Assembly: GCF_002113885.1 (NCBI RefSeq)
Contig: NW_018404492.1
Coordinates: forward strand, 1,560,727 to 1,624,726
Length of the DNA stretch: 64,000 bases
From: Mizuhopecten yessoensis
Taxonomy: Eukaryota
Reading direction: 5' to 3'
Shown here: piece by piece, positions 1 through 13,129 of the stretch
How the letters are laid out: every line of letters starts with the position of its first letter
Numbering within the stretch: position 1 is the first letter of the stretch
Translations under genes and position numbers: made by a program
The notes under the pieces: generated by a model
What the model was told of the DNA's origin: nothing
Database searches by the model: none
The model's input: the letters and a program-made list of their open reading frames with translations, nothing else

Positions 1-1833
1 ACAAATAGGCACAAAACGGGCACAGTTTAAATCCCTATACAGCTTTACAAATAGGCACAAAACGGGCACAGTTTAAATCCCTATACAGCTTTACAAATAG
101 GCACAAAACGGGCACAGTTTAAATCCCTATACAGCTTTACAAATAGGCACAAAACGGGCACAGTTTAAATCCCTATACAGCTTTACAAATAGGCACAAAA
201 CGGGCACAGTTTAAATCCCTATACAGCTTTACAAATAGGCACAAAACGGGCACAGTTTAAATCCCTATACAGCTTTACAAATAGGCACAAAACGGGCACA
301 GTTTAAATCCCTATACAGCTTTACAAATAGGCACAAAACGGGCACAGTTTAAATCCCTATACAGCTTTACAAATAGGCACAAAACGGGCACAGTTTAAAT
401 CCCTATACAGCTTTACAAATAGGCACAAAACGGGCACAGTTTAAATCCCTATACAGCTTTACAAATAGGCACAAAACGGGCACAGTTTAAATCCCTATAC
501 AGCTTTACAAATAGGCACAAAACGGGCACAGTTTAAATCCCTATACAGCTTTACAAATAGGCACAAAACGGGCACAGTTTAAATCCCTATACAGCTTTAC
601 AAATAGGCACAAAACGGGCACAGTTTAAATCCCTATACAGCTTTACAAATAGGCACAAAACGGGCACAGTTTAAATCCCTATACAGCTTTACAAATAGGC
701 ACAAAACGGGCACAGTTTAAATCCCTATACAGCTTTACAAATAGGCACAAAACGGGCACAGTTTAAATCCCTATACAGCTTTACAAATAGGCACAAAACG
801 GGCACAGTTTAAATCCCTATACAGCTTTACAAATAGGCACAAAACGGGCACAGTTTAAATCCCTATACAGCTTTACAAATAGGCACAAAACGGGCACAGT
901 TTAAATCCCTATACAGCTTTACAAATAGGCACAAAACGGGCACAGTTTAAATCCCTATACAGCTTTACAAATAGGCACAAAACGGGCACAGTTTAAATCC
1001 CTATACAGCTTTACAAATAGGCACAAAACGGGCACAGTTTAAATCCCTATACAGCTTTACAAATAGGCACAAAACGGGCACAGTTTAAATCCCTATACAG
1101 CTTTACAAATAGGCACAAAACGGGCACAGTTTAAATCCCTATACAGCTTTACAAATAGGCACAAAACGGGCACAGTTTAAATCCCTATACAGCTTTACAA
1201 ATAGGCACAAAACGGGCACAGTTTAAATCCCTATACAGCTTTACAAATAGGCACAAAACGGGCACAGTTTAAATCCCTATACAGCTTTACAAATAGGCAC
1301 AAAACGGGCACAGTTTAAATCCCTATACAGCTTTACAAATAGGCACAAAACGGGCACAGTTTAAATCCCTATACAGCTTTACAAATAGGCACAAAACGGG
1401 CACAGTTTAAATCCCTATACAGCTTTACAAATAGGCACAAAACGGGCACAGTTTAAATCCCTATACAGCTTTACAAATAGGCACAAAACGGGCACAGTTT
1501 AAATCCCTATACAGCTTTACAAATAGGCACAAAACGGGCACAGTTTAAATCCCTATACAGCTTTACAAATAGGCACAAAACGGGCACAGTTTAAATCCCT
1601 ATACAGCTTTACAAATAGGCACAAAACGGGCACAGTTTAAATCCCTATACAGCTTTACAAATAGGCACAAAACGGGCACAGTTTAAATCCCTATACAGCT
1701 TTACAAATAGGCACAAAACGGGCACAGTTTAAATCCCTATACAGCTTTACAACTAGACACAAAACGGGCACAGTTTAAATCCCTATACAGCTTTACAAAT
1801 AGGCACAAAACGGGCACAGTTTAAATCCCTATA
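1..1833. repeat. 46-bp tandem satellite, ~39.8 copies, near-perfect; runs off the window start
   Basis: Unit ACAAATAGGCACAAAACGGGCACAGTTTAAATCCCTATACAGCTTT. Phase returns exactly at 1381 (30x46). Units 1-38 look identical; the unit at 1749 has two substitutions. Confidence 0.99.
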
Positions 1834-2285
1834 AAATAAGCACAACACCCCAAACCAGGTCAAACTTCTTATACAAATAGACACAAAACTAGAACATCTT
1901 ATGTTCCTATACAAAATGACACACCATAAGCACACTTAAGGGTCCCTTATCAATTGTCGAAAACAAAAGCACAGTTTAAATTCTTTTACAATAGACACAT
2001 CACAAGCACGGTTTAAATTCTCTTACAATAGACACAGAACAAGCACGGTTTAAATTCTTTTACAATAGACAAAGCACAAGCACGGTTTAAATTCTTTTAC
2101 AATAGACACAGCACAAGCACAGTTAAAATTACAAATACACAAAAATACACAAAACAAGATGGTTTAAATACCATGCAAAAGGACAAATCACAAACACAAT
2201 TTATATGTTTATATGTCTATACAAAATAACACAACACCCCAGCACAGTTTTAATTCGCATACAAATAACATAAGCACAGTTCATT
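1834..2285. repeat. Degenerate edge of the 46-bp satellite, including ~4 copies of a related 37-bp unit
   Basis: ACAATAGACACAGCACAAGCACGGTTTAAATTCTTTT-like units at ~1988-2130 share AATAG-CAC and GCAC-GTTTAAAT with the 46-mer. Confidence 0.85.
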
Positions 2286-5200
2286 GCGAGCCAGCTTCAC
2301 ATTTAATCCAGAAAATTTTCCAACAAGTGTTTATTAAGATAATGTAAGGTATTTTATATCAATTACAAGTATCTCAAAGGTATGCTATTTCATAATATTT
2401 TTCATAATATTTATAAGATATTTGTATATGTATCGTTTATGATATATCATGTATGATTTGTTATTATAAATGTAAATATCTTATATGTGATATCGTATGA
2501 AATATATTTGATATAACATTTACAGTAAGTCTCGTTTAAGAACTTCTTCCTCACCTAAAATGCTTACTTGAGATTTTTATTCAAGTCCTAAGATCAAAGA
2601 TCACGGTCACTGTTACTATAGATAGAGAATTACACCCTGCACCACACATTTACATGAACGTCAGTATCAAAACCCAAAACATATCATCCCTCGACTTCAA
2701 TTCTAATCTAACGGATTGGTATCGCTCCAGGATACCTTGTTATTTTCTTTATTAGTCCAGAATTTAAATTGTAGTTAAGAATCTTAATTCTTAACAGAGA
2801 TATCGTAAAGGAAATTGTTCTTAATAAATACAGTCTCTATAGTATTATATATTACATCAAACACCCTAGGACTTTTATTTATGTTGTCCTGTAACTGTTG
2901 GCCCAGATGTTACCAATATTGTGCCCTATTCCGGGTTTATTGTTTCACCCAGAACGCCGTCGAACGTGTATTCCAATCGTGTTAGAGTTGTAATCAGGTT
3001 TCTATATCAGGTATATTTTACAATTTCACCTAACACACATCGGAGGAAAAAGACTTCCGTTTTATAATCACACTGCCTCGCTGGTTTTCTGTATTCTGTT
3101 ATCTTGTATGTTTGTTGCTGCGATATTTGTTTACGCGGACGTAATTCCTACCGACTTATCACATACTCCAATGTCCCTTTCTGTTATTATTACCTATTTA
3201 ATTATCAAGTGGAGAATGTGTATATATTCTAAGATGACAGGGCCGATTAGGGCTCCGTCATTTAGAGAATGGGAGTTTAGCGGTCTGTTATAAGGACTCG
3301 ACTGCTAAGGGCTTCGGGAGGCAAATACAGTCCCAAATACAACTGTCGTCATTCATTAGCAACGCTTCGAAAAATTACTAGGCCGCAAAAAAAATGTTGA
3401 AAAGAATGAATTATTTTGCTTCTCAATAGATTATCCTTGAAAGATTAAAATCAAGAATTCATTTGTAAAGTCGAATTCAATTTCCGTCTAATTAATTGGA
3501 AGAGCCTGATCTTAGATCCTCGTAGCGCACACCAGCGTTAACTGTGTAGACTGGCTAGATACGGAAAGACCAGTATATCTAGGATCTATTGATCATTATT
3601 AGTATATATTTTTTGATGTATTACGTAACTTTATTGGTCGGTTTCATGGTTTCAAGCATAACATTTGAAAATGATCCGCAACTACTGAGCTACGCTCAAG
3701 TCATTCTATATAGTATATAAGCGCTATCGCGTGTACTTAATAGGGCTGCTGGATTACGCAAGAGTCACAATGGCTACCGAATGACATTACGTTACGCTCA
3801 GCAATACAAGTAATAAAATACCTTTGTACAGATGTACCCAAGGGGACTACCATCTGCGTTACGCCTGCGCAACAAATATTGGTACCACAGGAAGCTACTG
3901 ACTGAGTTTCACTGATACCTAAGGGACCCCCGACTGAGCCCAAACTGTCGAAACCCTAAGGAAAAACGGTTGAGCTCATAATGTCGACATGTTCACCTAA
4001 GACCATCAAATGAAACCACACTCTCGATACATAAGGGACTACCGACTTGGTTACGATCAAAAACATTATTAACTTTGCACCTTAGTGAACAGTGGATATC
4101 GATAGAAGTCTCCATTTGGTCGATGTTCTTGGTACCATATATAATCTGTAGACAATAAAAAAAAAAAAATCTTTTCGAACTCAACATTCTTCACTTCAAA
4201 GTGGTTTCCTCGTCGCGGCTGTTAATTGGATATTGATACATTCATCTGAGTGCCAGTTAGATCTGGATGATGCTATATATATGTACACCGTGTAAGCCAG
4301 AGTATTTTGCCAAACCCTAGCATACTGTTTCTTTGATACTTGTTAAAGTCACGCCCTTGGAACTGAAACCATCTTCGGTGTATAAAACGTATTTAACATT
4401 TGACCCTTTGTTCCCTACATATTCATATAGCACAGGGTAAATAAAACTGTGGAATTAAGTATTTTAAACAATGTCTTGAATGTGTTTTATGACATTTCTT
4501 CTCGCAAGCACTTGGCATCGGATGTACCTTTTAAAACTTTATACTAAAATCTTCCAGTGTGCATTTAATTAGAACCTGCATGGTATTGTGCATGGACACC
4601 AACAGATTAAACAAATGAACGGTTTAACTTGGCAACCACCATCTTTGCTTCGATGATGTCTGTCTCTTATACGCGTTCATGTCATAACTCCACACAACAA
4701 GTCGCGCGCCATTTCGCCATTACAGGCAGCGAACAGACACCCCGATAACGAGCTCCGATACGTTTACGTATGTCAAACTTTTATGAAAATTATCTGTCCT
4801 TTCTTCTTCGTCGCCCCATCCCCTCTCATGTTTTTTTTAAAGTCGGATACACCTTATTTACATGTAACTTTAGGCCGCATCAGCGTTACAGTTCTATAAA
4901 TAAATATATGTCACTGTGCGTCAAAATAAAATCGAGATATATGTGACCTGCGTTTATCTCGCACGCGTGTGAAATGCATGTGAATGTCATGATGGAAAGA
5001 TCGGAAAGCTAACGAATAGCACGCACAAAGCAGAATTTAATGCATATTTGCATACCCTGAGCTACGATTTCTCATTATACACAAGAAAAACATGTACATT
5101 AACTGAAACGTGTCTTCGTCACATCAAACAATGGAAGCCATGATTTAGATCATCGAACATTAAAATGCACGGGAATATAAATATTCCGATCCAAATATTG

Positions 5201-6058
5201 ATTATCAAAGATTGATTGTCTATTTCTGATATGTATTCCATATGTAACAATATACTGTTGCCGTTTGTTTTGCATTTCAGTGACGTCAACTTATTTTCTT
5301 TGGTCTGCGGTGCCACACATTCAGCAATGGCGGATAGGTCGGCTAATTTCCCGTTTTATGACGGCGTACGGTCATTGAATCACGTTTACGTTTGAAACGG
5401 TAATCTCAAATGTGTCCAGCTATACAAAACACAGAACAATCTCAACAGAACTAATGGAAATCGTCAGATTGATTTGAAGAGTAATTGTAATATTGTCCGT
5501 GATTAAATAAGTGGCACTTTAATAATGTATGTAGACGGTTTCATAGTCACGTGATGTTTTACTGCTCATCGACAATTAAATCTTTTCGTGTCGTAGTCAT
5601 GGTGAACTTCATATTTTTTTCAAATCAGAAGGGCACAGCATAAAACAGCGAATAGTGCTTATTTTGTATAAAAATATTTAGATTTGAGACGTTTTGGTTT
5701 CGTTTTTGTAACATATTATACGCCCGATGATACTTAAACCAGATACATTGTACGGGTCGCTCCCTATCCTCCCATTGACATTTACATCACTATGATATAT
5801 AACTGCAATATCTTCGCACGGTTTTCTGTAGACACGTTTCTATGGAGAAACAACAGACACGTTACCATGGAGAAACGGCAGATATTTTCTTGCCGAATCA
5901 ACATACCTCGTTGGCTTCATATCTTTTTCCGAAGGGTTGTATCAGCCGAGTCCCTAGACTTATCTCAACCAACCCTAATATTAGGCCCAGGTTGGTCAAA
6001 GGTAAATTTTGACCAGAGGTTAATGAAAAAATCAAGTTGTTGCCAATCAGAAACTGCA

Positions 6059-6267
6059 GGGGACCGCAATGTCCAAGTGGTTAAGGTGCTGACATTCTGT
6101 TACCACTAGCCCTCCACCACTGGGTCAAGGTTCGAGACCTACGTGAGACAGTCGCCAGGTAATGGCCGTAGGTCGGTGGTTTTTCTCCGGAAACTCCGGC
6201 TTTCCTCCACCATCAAAACCTGGCACGTCCTTAAAAAAAACCACAAACAAACAAAACCAAACCAAAC
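6059..6267 (+). mobile_element. tRNA-derived SINE with a V-domain-like core and (AAACC)n-like tail
   Basis: 5' GGGGACCGCAATGTCCAAGTGG (A-box-like). B-box GGTTCGAGACC at 6129-6139. Core GGTGGTTTTTCTCCGGAAACTCCGGCTTTCCTCCACCA resembles the V-SINE domain. A/C-rich tail at 6233-6267. Confidence 0.8.
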
Positions 6268-6360
6268 TTCAAGGCAAAATAAATCCACTAAACACACAAA
6301 TTTAATTTGTCTCAAAAACGCTAAAGCAGTGCAATGGCATTCACTGTTTGTCTCAATTAG

Positions 6361-6810
6361 CCAACGCGGCCAGGCTGTGTGGCTGTGTCAACCGCGGCCA
6401 GCCTGTCTGGCTGTGACAACCACGGCCAGGTGGTGTGGCTGTGATAACCGCGGCCAGTCTGTGTGGCTCTGACAACCGCGACCATGCTGTGTGGCTGTGA
6501 CAACCGCGGCCAGGCTGTGTGGCTGTGACAACCGCGGCCAGCCTGTGTGGCTGTGATAACCACGGCAAGGTGGTGTGGCTGTGACAACCGCGGCCATGCT
6601 GTGTGGCTGTGACAACCACGGTCAGGTGGTGTTACTGTGACAACCGCTGCCAGACTGTGTGGCTGTGACAACCGCGGTCAGGTGGTGTGGCTGTGATAAC
6701 CGCGGCCAGGTTGTGTGGCTGTGACAACCACGGCCAGGTGGTGTGGCTGTGACAAACGCGGTCAGGTTGTGTGGCGTGATAACCACGGCCAGGCTGTGTG
6801 GCTGTGACAA
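6361..6810. repeat. 28-bp GC-rich minisatellite, ~16 copies
   Basis: Unit CAACCGCGGCCAGGCTGTGTGGCTGTGA; starts at 6389 and 6417 give a 28-bp period. Confidence 0.97.
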
Positions 6811-7854
6811 GTGAACTGCATACATATTCCCAGTACTACCGCCTCACATTACTGCAACTCTAAACTGGTCTTATTTACTTTGTCCTGTCCTTTCAAATAG
6901 CTGTAACAATTGTTTATATATGTATATGTATTGACGCCACCACAATGCTGTTATATGATTGTTGAGGAGAGGGTGTTGATCAGTAACTTTAAGTTACATC
7001 GCTTAAAACCCTATTTGAAGCTTTAAAAAAACTTTTAATTCAAACCAGACAAATCGTATTTGGGTTTTTGTTAAATTGAACAGTATTGGCTTTGCTGAAA
7101 TGTTCTTCTTAGTTTAAATAAATTACACGAACACCTTAGCAGTATGCATAGGTTCTGATAGTTAAACATTTTGCATATTATGTTGTGGTACGGTTGTACA
7201 AGGACCTGCCCACTTAAAATTCTTTCAACGTGAATATTTGATTGGAGACCAGTTTAAGGAAGTGTACTCACATTGATCTAAAACCATATCATTAATAAAA
7301 GTTGTGATAGATAAAGTTCATATTTTTGAATGAGCAGAGTAAGAAATTGAGAACACTGCCCGCTGTTTTGAGGTAATTTTGATAATAGATTTTAATTTCG
7401 CAGATATTAATGATGGTGATTATGTTTGCATCACATACAATTCACGAATACTGACATTCCTGACTATGTTTCTAAATGAATGTATCTGATAACCCTACTT
7501 CTGTATGTTTATAGCAACAAGTTAACTCTTATTAGAAATCGTAAAGAAATTAGAATTCCCGATCGAGTAAACGCTTATTCCGTAAATTGCAGTGACAGTT
7601 TTATTCCTCGTGTGAGCGGTCACCATATACAGAGGTATGGTCGGATTAACACGGCTACTCTCCTGTAAATGTGCATGCATGCACTCTTCATGTTCTATTT
7701 ATATGTAATGTCTGCTACACCTTTCTCTAATACTTAGAGTCTACTTATATACATTGCTCTCAAAGACTCCACTAATAGTTCTATCTCTAAAACGTTTCCG
7801 GTCACCCTATTACAAAGAATACACCTTACATTTTGTACATCTGTTATCACTTTC

Positions 7855-7963
7855 GTAGGGAAACATGATTCCTTGTTTACCCGAAAATATTCATGTGTCA
7901 CTAGAGCGATGGCCGAGTGAAACTTGATTATACGAGGGGAAACAAAGCATCATGTTTCCCTAC
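7855..7963. repeat. Inverted repeat (28-bp arms, 3 mismatches, ~53-bp loop), probably part of a non-autonomous DNA element
   Basis: GTAGGGAAACATGATTCCTTGTTTACCC (7855-7882) pairs with GGGGAAACAAAGCATCATGTTTCCCTAC (7936-7963). Confidence 0.8.
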
Positions 7964-8913
7964 CACAGGAGCAACGAATATAGTATCAAACCAAACTAGA
8001 ACTATCACGCATGCGCAAAGATGGTCAGACTTATGTGTCATTGTGACAAGTGGAACTAAGTTGAGGTATTTTAAATAAGGGAAATATGACAGGGAAAACA
8101 CGAACGTAAGAGAAATAACGACGCTTTCCCCGTTAATTACAGTAAATATTACCATCTTCTTGATGTTTAATAAACTCATTCGTTATTACCAAGGGAAACA
8201 CTTCCAGTGTTATATGTATGTAGTGTCTTGTACTACTGCACCTAACTCTATTACCAGTGATAACACTAACAGGTTTATCTCTATCTAGCTATTACCAAGT
8301 TTACACTAGTTGTCCTTAAATATACTTATTTTTAGAGTCTGTCCTAGAGCCTTGTCCATTACAAAGTTCTTCCTGACTTATTTTTCGTGACCAGTGATTA
8401 CATTAAAGAAACACACACACATTTCTTTAGATATTGATATCAGCTTCCACATTTTTTTAGAATTAATCCAATGGTCCATATTGTGTTGATATGTGATAAA
8501 TCGAGAATGCAATGAGTTTGTCCTAAATTATATTACTCTTGTTAGTTTTCGAAAGGGCCTCAAGATGATCTAGTTAATGCATGTATATAAAGGATCGGAA
8601 CTAAAAATGGCATAAAACAGTGTGGCGGACGGAGTCTTGACCTGACAAGGGTTGACCCCTTCTAACAGGATCAATTGTGGCCGGCATATTGTATTAGACA
8701 GAGCTGCAGACCCAGACAATTGGATCTAAAAATGGTTAAATGGCCCTCTTTGGGGGTCTCTCATAGGTACATGTACATGCATTTTATAACGAAATCGGCG
8801 TAGTTTTGTCAGATTTAGACTGAACCACCTAAAAGTGAAAACCATTTTTCGACAGTCGATTTATAAGTGTCAGTAGTATTTTGGGGAAATTGGTCTGACA
8901 TCTGATGCCATGT

Positions 8914-9320
8914 TTCTTCTTCTCCTTCTTCTTCTTCTTCCATTTACTGCGGCAGATCTCATATATATGAGTGCAGTTGTTTCATGGAATGATATTAAAT
9001 GATGTCTGTTTCTAGATCATTCCACGAAAAGGTAATCTTATTTCTTCAACGTCAAAGTAATTTCCAGACGAAACCCCTCAATCATCATCAATATCAGGTC
9101 ATTCTCAGACAAATGTCATCTTATCAAATTAATGGCAATGTCATTCTCAAAGGTCATGTAGTAACGTCGATGCCAAGGTCATTTCCTGGCAAATGTCGTC
9201 TAATAACGCTAATGGCAGGGTTATTCACAATGGTCAACAATTAACGGCAAGGTCATTCTCAGACAAAGATCATCCACTATCGACAGAGTCAAGGTCATCC
9301 TCAGGCATACTTTATCTAGT
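8914..9320. repeat. (CTT)n microsatellite followed by a degenerate AAGGTCATTCTCAGAC-anchored array; possibly an old HINE-like element
   Basis: TTCTTCTTCTCCTTCTTCTTCTTCTTC at ~8914-8940. GGTCATTCTCAGACAAA at ~9097 and ~9252, with variants at ~9140, ~9175 and ~9292. Confidence 0.5.
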
Positions 9321-11382
9321 AATACTATATGTTGGGTAAAGGCAGAAATGCACTAATTATCTTATACAATTAAAGCAGAGGCATATTAGCTTCTACGTCT
9401 CTGATTAAAGGATGAGTAAATACAATTCGTTGGTCTTCATAGATACATTTGCATACCGGTCACGAGGCTCAAACCTAACACATCCTGTTTATCACACGTA
9501 TAGTACATAGTACATTTACATAGAGCACAATCATGTTTATAAAAATATTTTTTTATCATTTTCTCATATAGTCTTAACAGTCATTCAGGGTCACACTTTT
9601 TTTCAAGCTAAAAAAAAGAAAATTGCAGAAACTCGATAGAAAAGGGAAATTGTGAAATCGTAGGCACTGCAATGGGTGTAGCAGAACAAGATTTTTCCTC
9701 TTAAATGTTCGCTAGAAGCACCACCCACATAAGTCGCCTCATACGACTGGAACATGCAAGTGAGGAAGAATGAACAAAATGAAGTCTTCAAAACTGTGTT
9801 TCACTAGCAGTAGGGATCAGGAGGATGTCAATTAGTTTTGAATTCAATGTAATGGTATACCGTTGCATGAGGCTGCTTCAACGTCATCACGTCCGTTGAT
9901 TAGTTCATTATAGGGTTCATTGTGTTGTAAGTGTTCGTGGCCGGTAATGTACTTTGAGTTTGTTTCGTAATAGAGCTGTACTTTTGGTTGTTTGTATGCT
10001 ATCTGATCAGATGTCTCCGACAGACACAAACAACTATACGACACCAAATCAGGCCTGTATACCTTCTCCTATATCCGCAGTGTGATCTCCAGAGAACAAT
10101 CCCGAGAACATATCAATGGCAGCTTTCCTTCTGTTGCATGACGTGTTAATTGCAGTGCTTTTAAAAACGAGTCTTATTTTGTTTGAATTGTATGTACTGT
10201 AAGCGACGAGGGATGTGTATAAATAGCTCATCAAAACATTTCTCTAACAACTATCTAAATAAGAACGACATGCTCACGATATTACGCTTTGTGGTATTCA
10301 GTCTGCCTTCCGGTACATGTATGTAATGAAATGTACTATAGTCCATATGAAGCAAATATTGATGTTTGTCAGCGATTCTGCGCACAGCTGATGCTCCCAT
10401 AGTTATCGTTTAAGGCACTCCTACTCGTACAAAAGATAGTATGGAAATGCATATTCCCAAAAATGGCATCACGCTTGATGTTCAAAGTTCTTGAAGGGAA
10501 CTTTGCGACGTATTCGAGAGTGGCGGTGTACAATTTTACACTACTTGTGAGTAAAATTACGTCGTTTTAGAGTTTATTTAAATTGCGCGGTGCGCATAAC
10601 ACTTCATAGATAAAGTGTGTCAAAGTGCCAAACCAGGCAGAAATCTCAAAATATTAAAAAGCAATTCACAAAACTATTCCACGAGGGACGCTTTTACATA
10701 CAGTCAGGAAGACACCTTCAAACGACAACTTAATACATGTCAGAGGAAGATCTAATGCTACGAACAAAATAAATGTAAAAATGATGTGTAAGCTTCTCCT
10801 TCTAGTCAAGGTAAGAAAATGTGTTTTCCCATTCTAGAAAGCACACACTCTGATAAAAACCAATACATTATTGCAATCCCATTCAAACACGGTGAATGAA
10901 TTTTATTTCAATCATGTTATTTTCTGCTCCCGTTATTTCAATATTTCAAGTAATGCGTAAAATGACTAAATAGCATACCAACAGTACGATATAGTACAGA
11001 GTTTTTAAACACTTCAACTTCCTACCCCGACGGTCCACGTACATGTATGTCATTGTGTGTAACTATGACGATGCTCCAGATAAAAAGGGGATCGCAGTGT
11101 TTAGACGTACCTTCCCTTCTAAGTTTACCGATACAGTACACACAGACATTACATATATATGTATTTACATCTTTTATAGTTGATGGTGTTGTTATACTTT
11201 AGGATAATCGTAACAAGGCCAAAACCTGTAACAAGGACATTTTTAACCGGCATGACAATATCTTAATTTAATCGTTTCGGAAAAATACACATAGTTTGCT
11301 AAAATGTCATGAAAAATAGTAACTGTGAAGGTTAAATTAACAAAGTCCATATCAACAATAGTGATCTTAGAGTAAAACACGT

Positions 11383-11486
11383 GACGGGGGCAGACCGGGA
11401 TTCGAACCGTCGACCTTCGACAGTCGTTCTAACATAATGCGTTATCTGATCAGCGGTTGTTCAGTGGCCAAGTCGACTACGGGAAC
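11383..11486 (-). mobile_element. tRNA-derived (SINE head-like) fragment
   Basis: The minus strand reads GTTCCCGTAGTCGACTTGG...GGTTCGAATCCCGGTCTGCCCCCG. The B-box is perfect (plus 11397-11408), but I see no foldable cloverleaf. Confidence 0.5.
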
Positions 11487-12280
11487 ATGCAAACCCAAAA
11501 CAAAATTAAGGGGAGGTAACTGTTTGTACGAAAACGTACTCTGGAATTCTCTAGTGTTTTGTGTGTAGTGGGACAAGTTCCTCAAAGTAACCTTAATGAT
11601 ATATCTTTTCAAGTCTACATGTCCATAACTGTTCTGGTGCTAGAGAAATAACCGCAATGCTTTATATCTCCAAATATCGCCGAAAATCACCGGGTACGCA
11701 ACTTTATGACGAATGGAGATTCATGTATCGGCAGTATAGTATATCGCATACGGTGACGTCACCGATCGACTGTCATAGCCTCGTTGTAACTAGTTATTGT
11801 CACGACAGAACGGACAGTCATAACGACTAAAGCACGCCACAGATCGAGTTCTGCCATATATCTGTATTGATCAGACGCCGGCACCTTATCCGGTCTTAAC
11901 TGTGTATTGTGTAAAGAGCTGAATATCTTTTTAAACGCATGATCTTGAGAAACCAAAATTTTTACTTTTCTAATAAAATTATATCATTTGTTTATACATA
12001 TATATTTACAAATGCTTTTCCCATTTTCCTTTAACTCTATGGAAAGTCACCCTGCAGTTACTGGACAGTAACTGTAGTCTGCATTATCTGGTCACATGAC
12101 CATGGTTTTCGTGACGTCAGTGTTAGCAACCACTCCAACCGATACGATATCCGCCACCTTTTTGTTATCGTTTGGTTCATACAAGTCGTATTTTGACGGG
12201 TTTTGCAGGCAATGAAGACATCCAGAATAGGAGGGCAAATTCTTACTTTGTATTAGTATGTTCTGAACATATAATTAGAG

Positions 12281-12340
12281 CATTCAACTGCATTTAACTG
12301 GATTTAACTGCATTTAACTGCATTTAACTGTATTTAACAG
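12281..12340. repeat. 10-bp tandem repeat (CATTTAACTG) x6
   Basis: cattcaactg catttaactg gatttaactg catttaactg catttaactg tatttaacag. Confidence 0.9.
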
Positions 12341-12478
12341 TTGCCGTCTGGTTACATTTCTTTGGAAAGTTTCCGATCCGATAATCGCCGCCTGCGGCTG
12401 TGGCGGCAGCGGGAAATATAAATTAAGCTCATCCGACTAATTAATAAAAGACAGGCCGTATGAGGAAATGTAAATATA

Positions 12479-12627
12479 AAGATTGAACGTCTGTCAGATT
12501 GCAGTTACAGCCAATATGAATGCAATCTGGTAGACAGATAAATATTCATGACGTCCTATATTATTAATCTGTCACCCAGATTGCATTCATATTGGCTGTA
12601 ACTGCAATCTGACAGACGTTCAATCTT
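12479..12627. mobile_element. 149-bp fold-back mini-element (MITE-like) with perfect 52-bp inverted arms
   Basis: AAGATTGAACGTCTGTCAGATTGCAGTTACAGCCAATATGAATGCAATCTGG (12479-12530) is the exact reverse complement of 12576-12627. The stem extends imperfectly (GACAGAT/ATCTGTC). The TSD is ambiguous. Confidence 0.8.
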
Positions 12628-13129
12628 AAAGTAGCTTATCGTTCAAACAAAACTGCATCAATCAGATTATTTAGATACACATTAACATAAATATTTAAGG
12701 GACAAATTCATTATCTAGTCTTGTACATGTATAAGGGAACACTCACATGCTTTTGTAGAAATTATTTTAACGAATCCTCGACGAGAATTTGTTCGAGTTC
12801 ATGTAGCAATACAGAATATAATCAATTTGATAAAGCCGAGTCCAGCTTGGACTAAATATGACGCTTTGTAGGAATCACTGAAGTTGAGTGATTCACACTC
12901 GACTGTTATATCTATGACCGGTAACAGTATAGTGTATACAATTTGAGTTATACACTTGTAACTGAAACCTTTGGTAGACATACATTAATTTTATGTCGAT
13001 TTTGATTCCAAGTTCCTGCGATTTTCATTTGAAAGTTGGCCAGAAGACCTATTGATTTATAGATTCATAAAAAATGTACTGAAGGTCTCTATGTTAGGGT
13101 GTGTGTATTTGATACCCCGATCCCCTCCT

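Noticed and set aside
6143-6825. Overlapping ORFs across the 28-bp array
   Set aside because: The unit is not a multiple of 3; the peptides are frame rotations of the repeat.
9603-10234. Three near-abutting minus-strand ORFs
   Set aside because: They are separated by stops or frame changes, have non-ATG starts, and show no recognisable motif.
11383-11486. Functional tRNA gene (also considered for 6059-6145)
   Set aside because: A B-box is present, but I cannot form an acceptor stem or anticodon arm; treated as SINE-derived.
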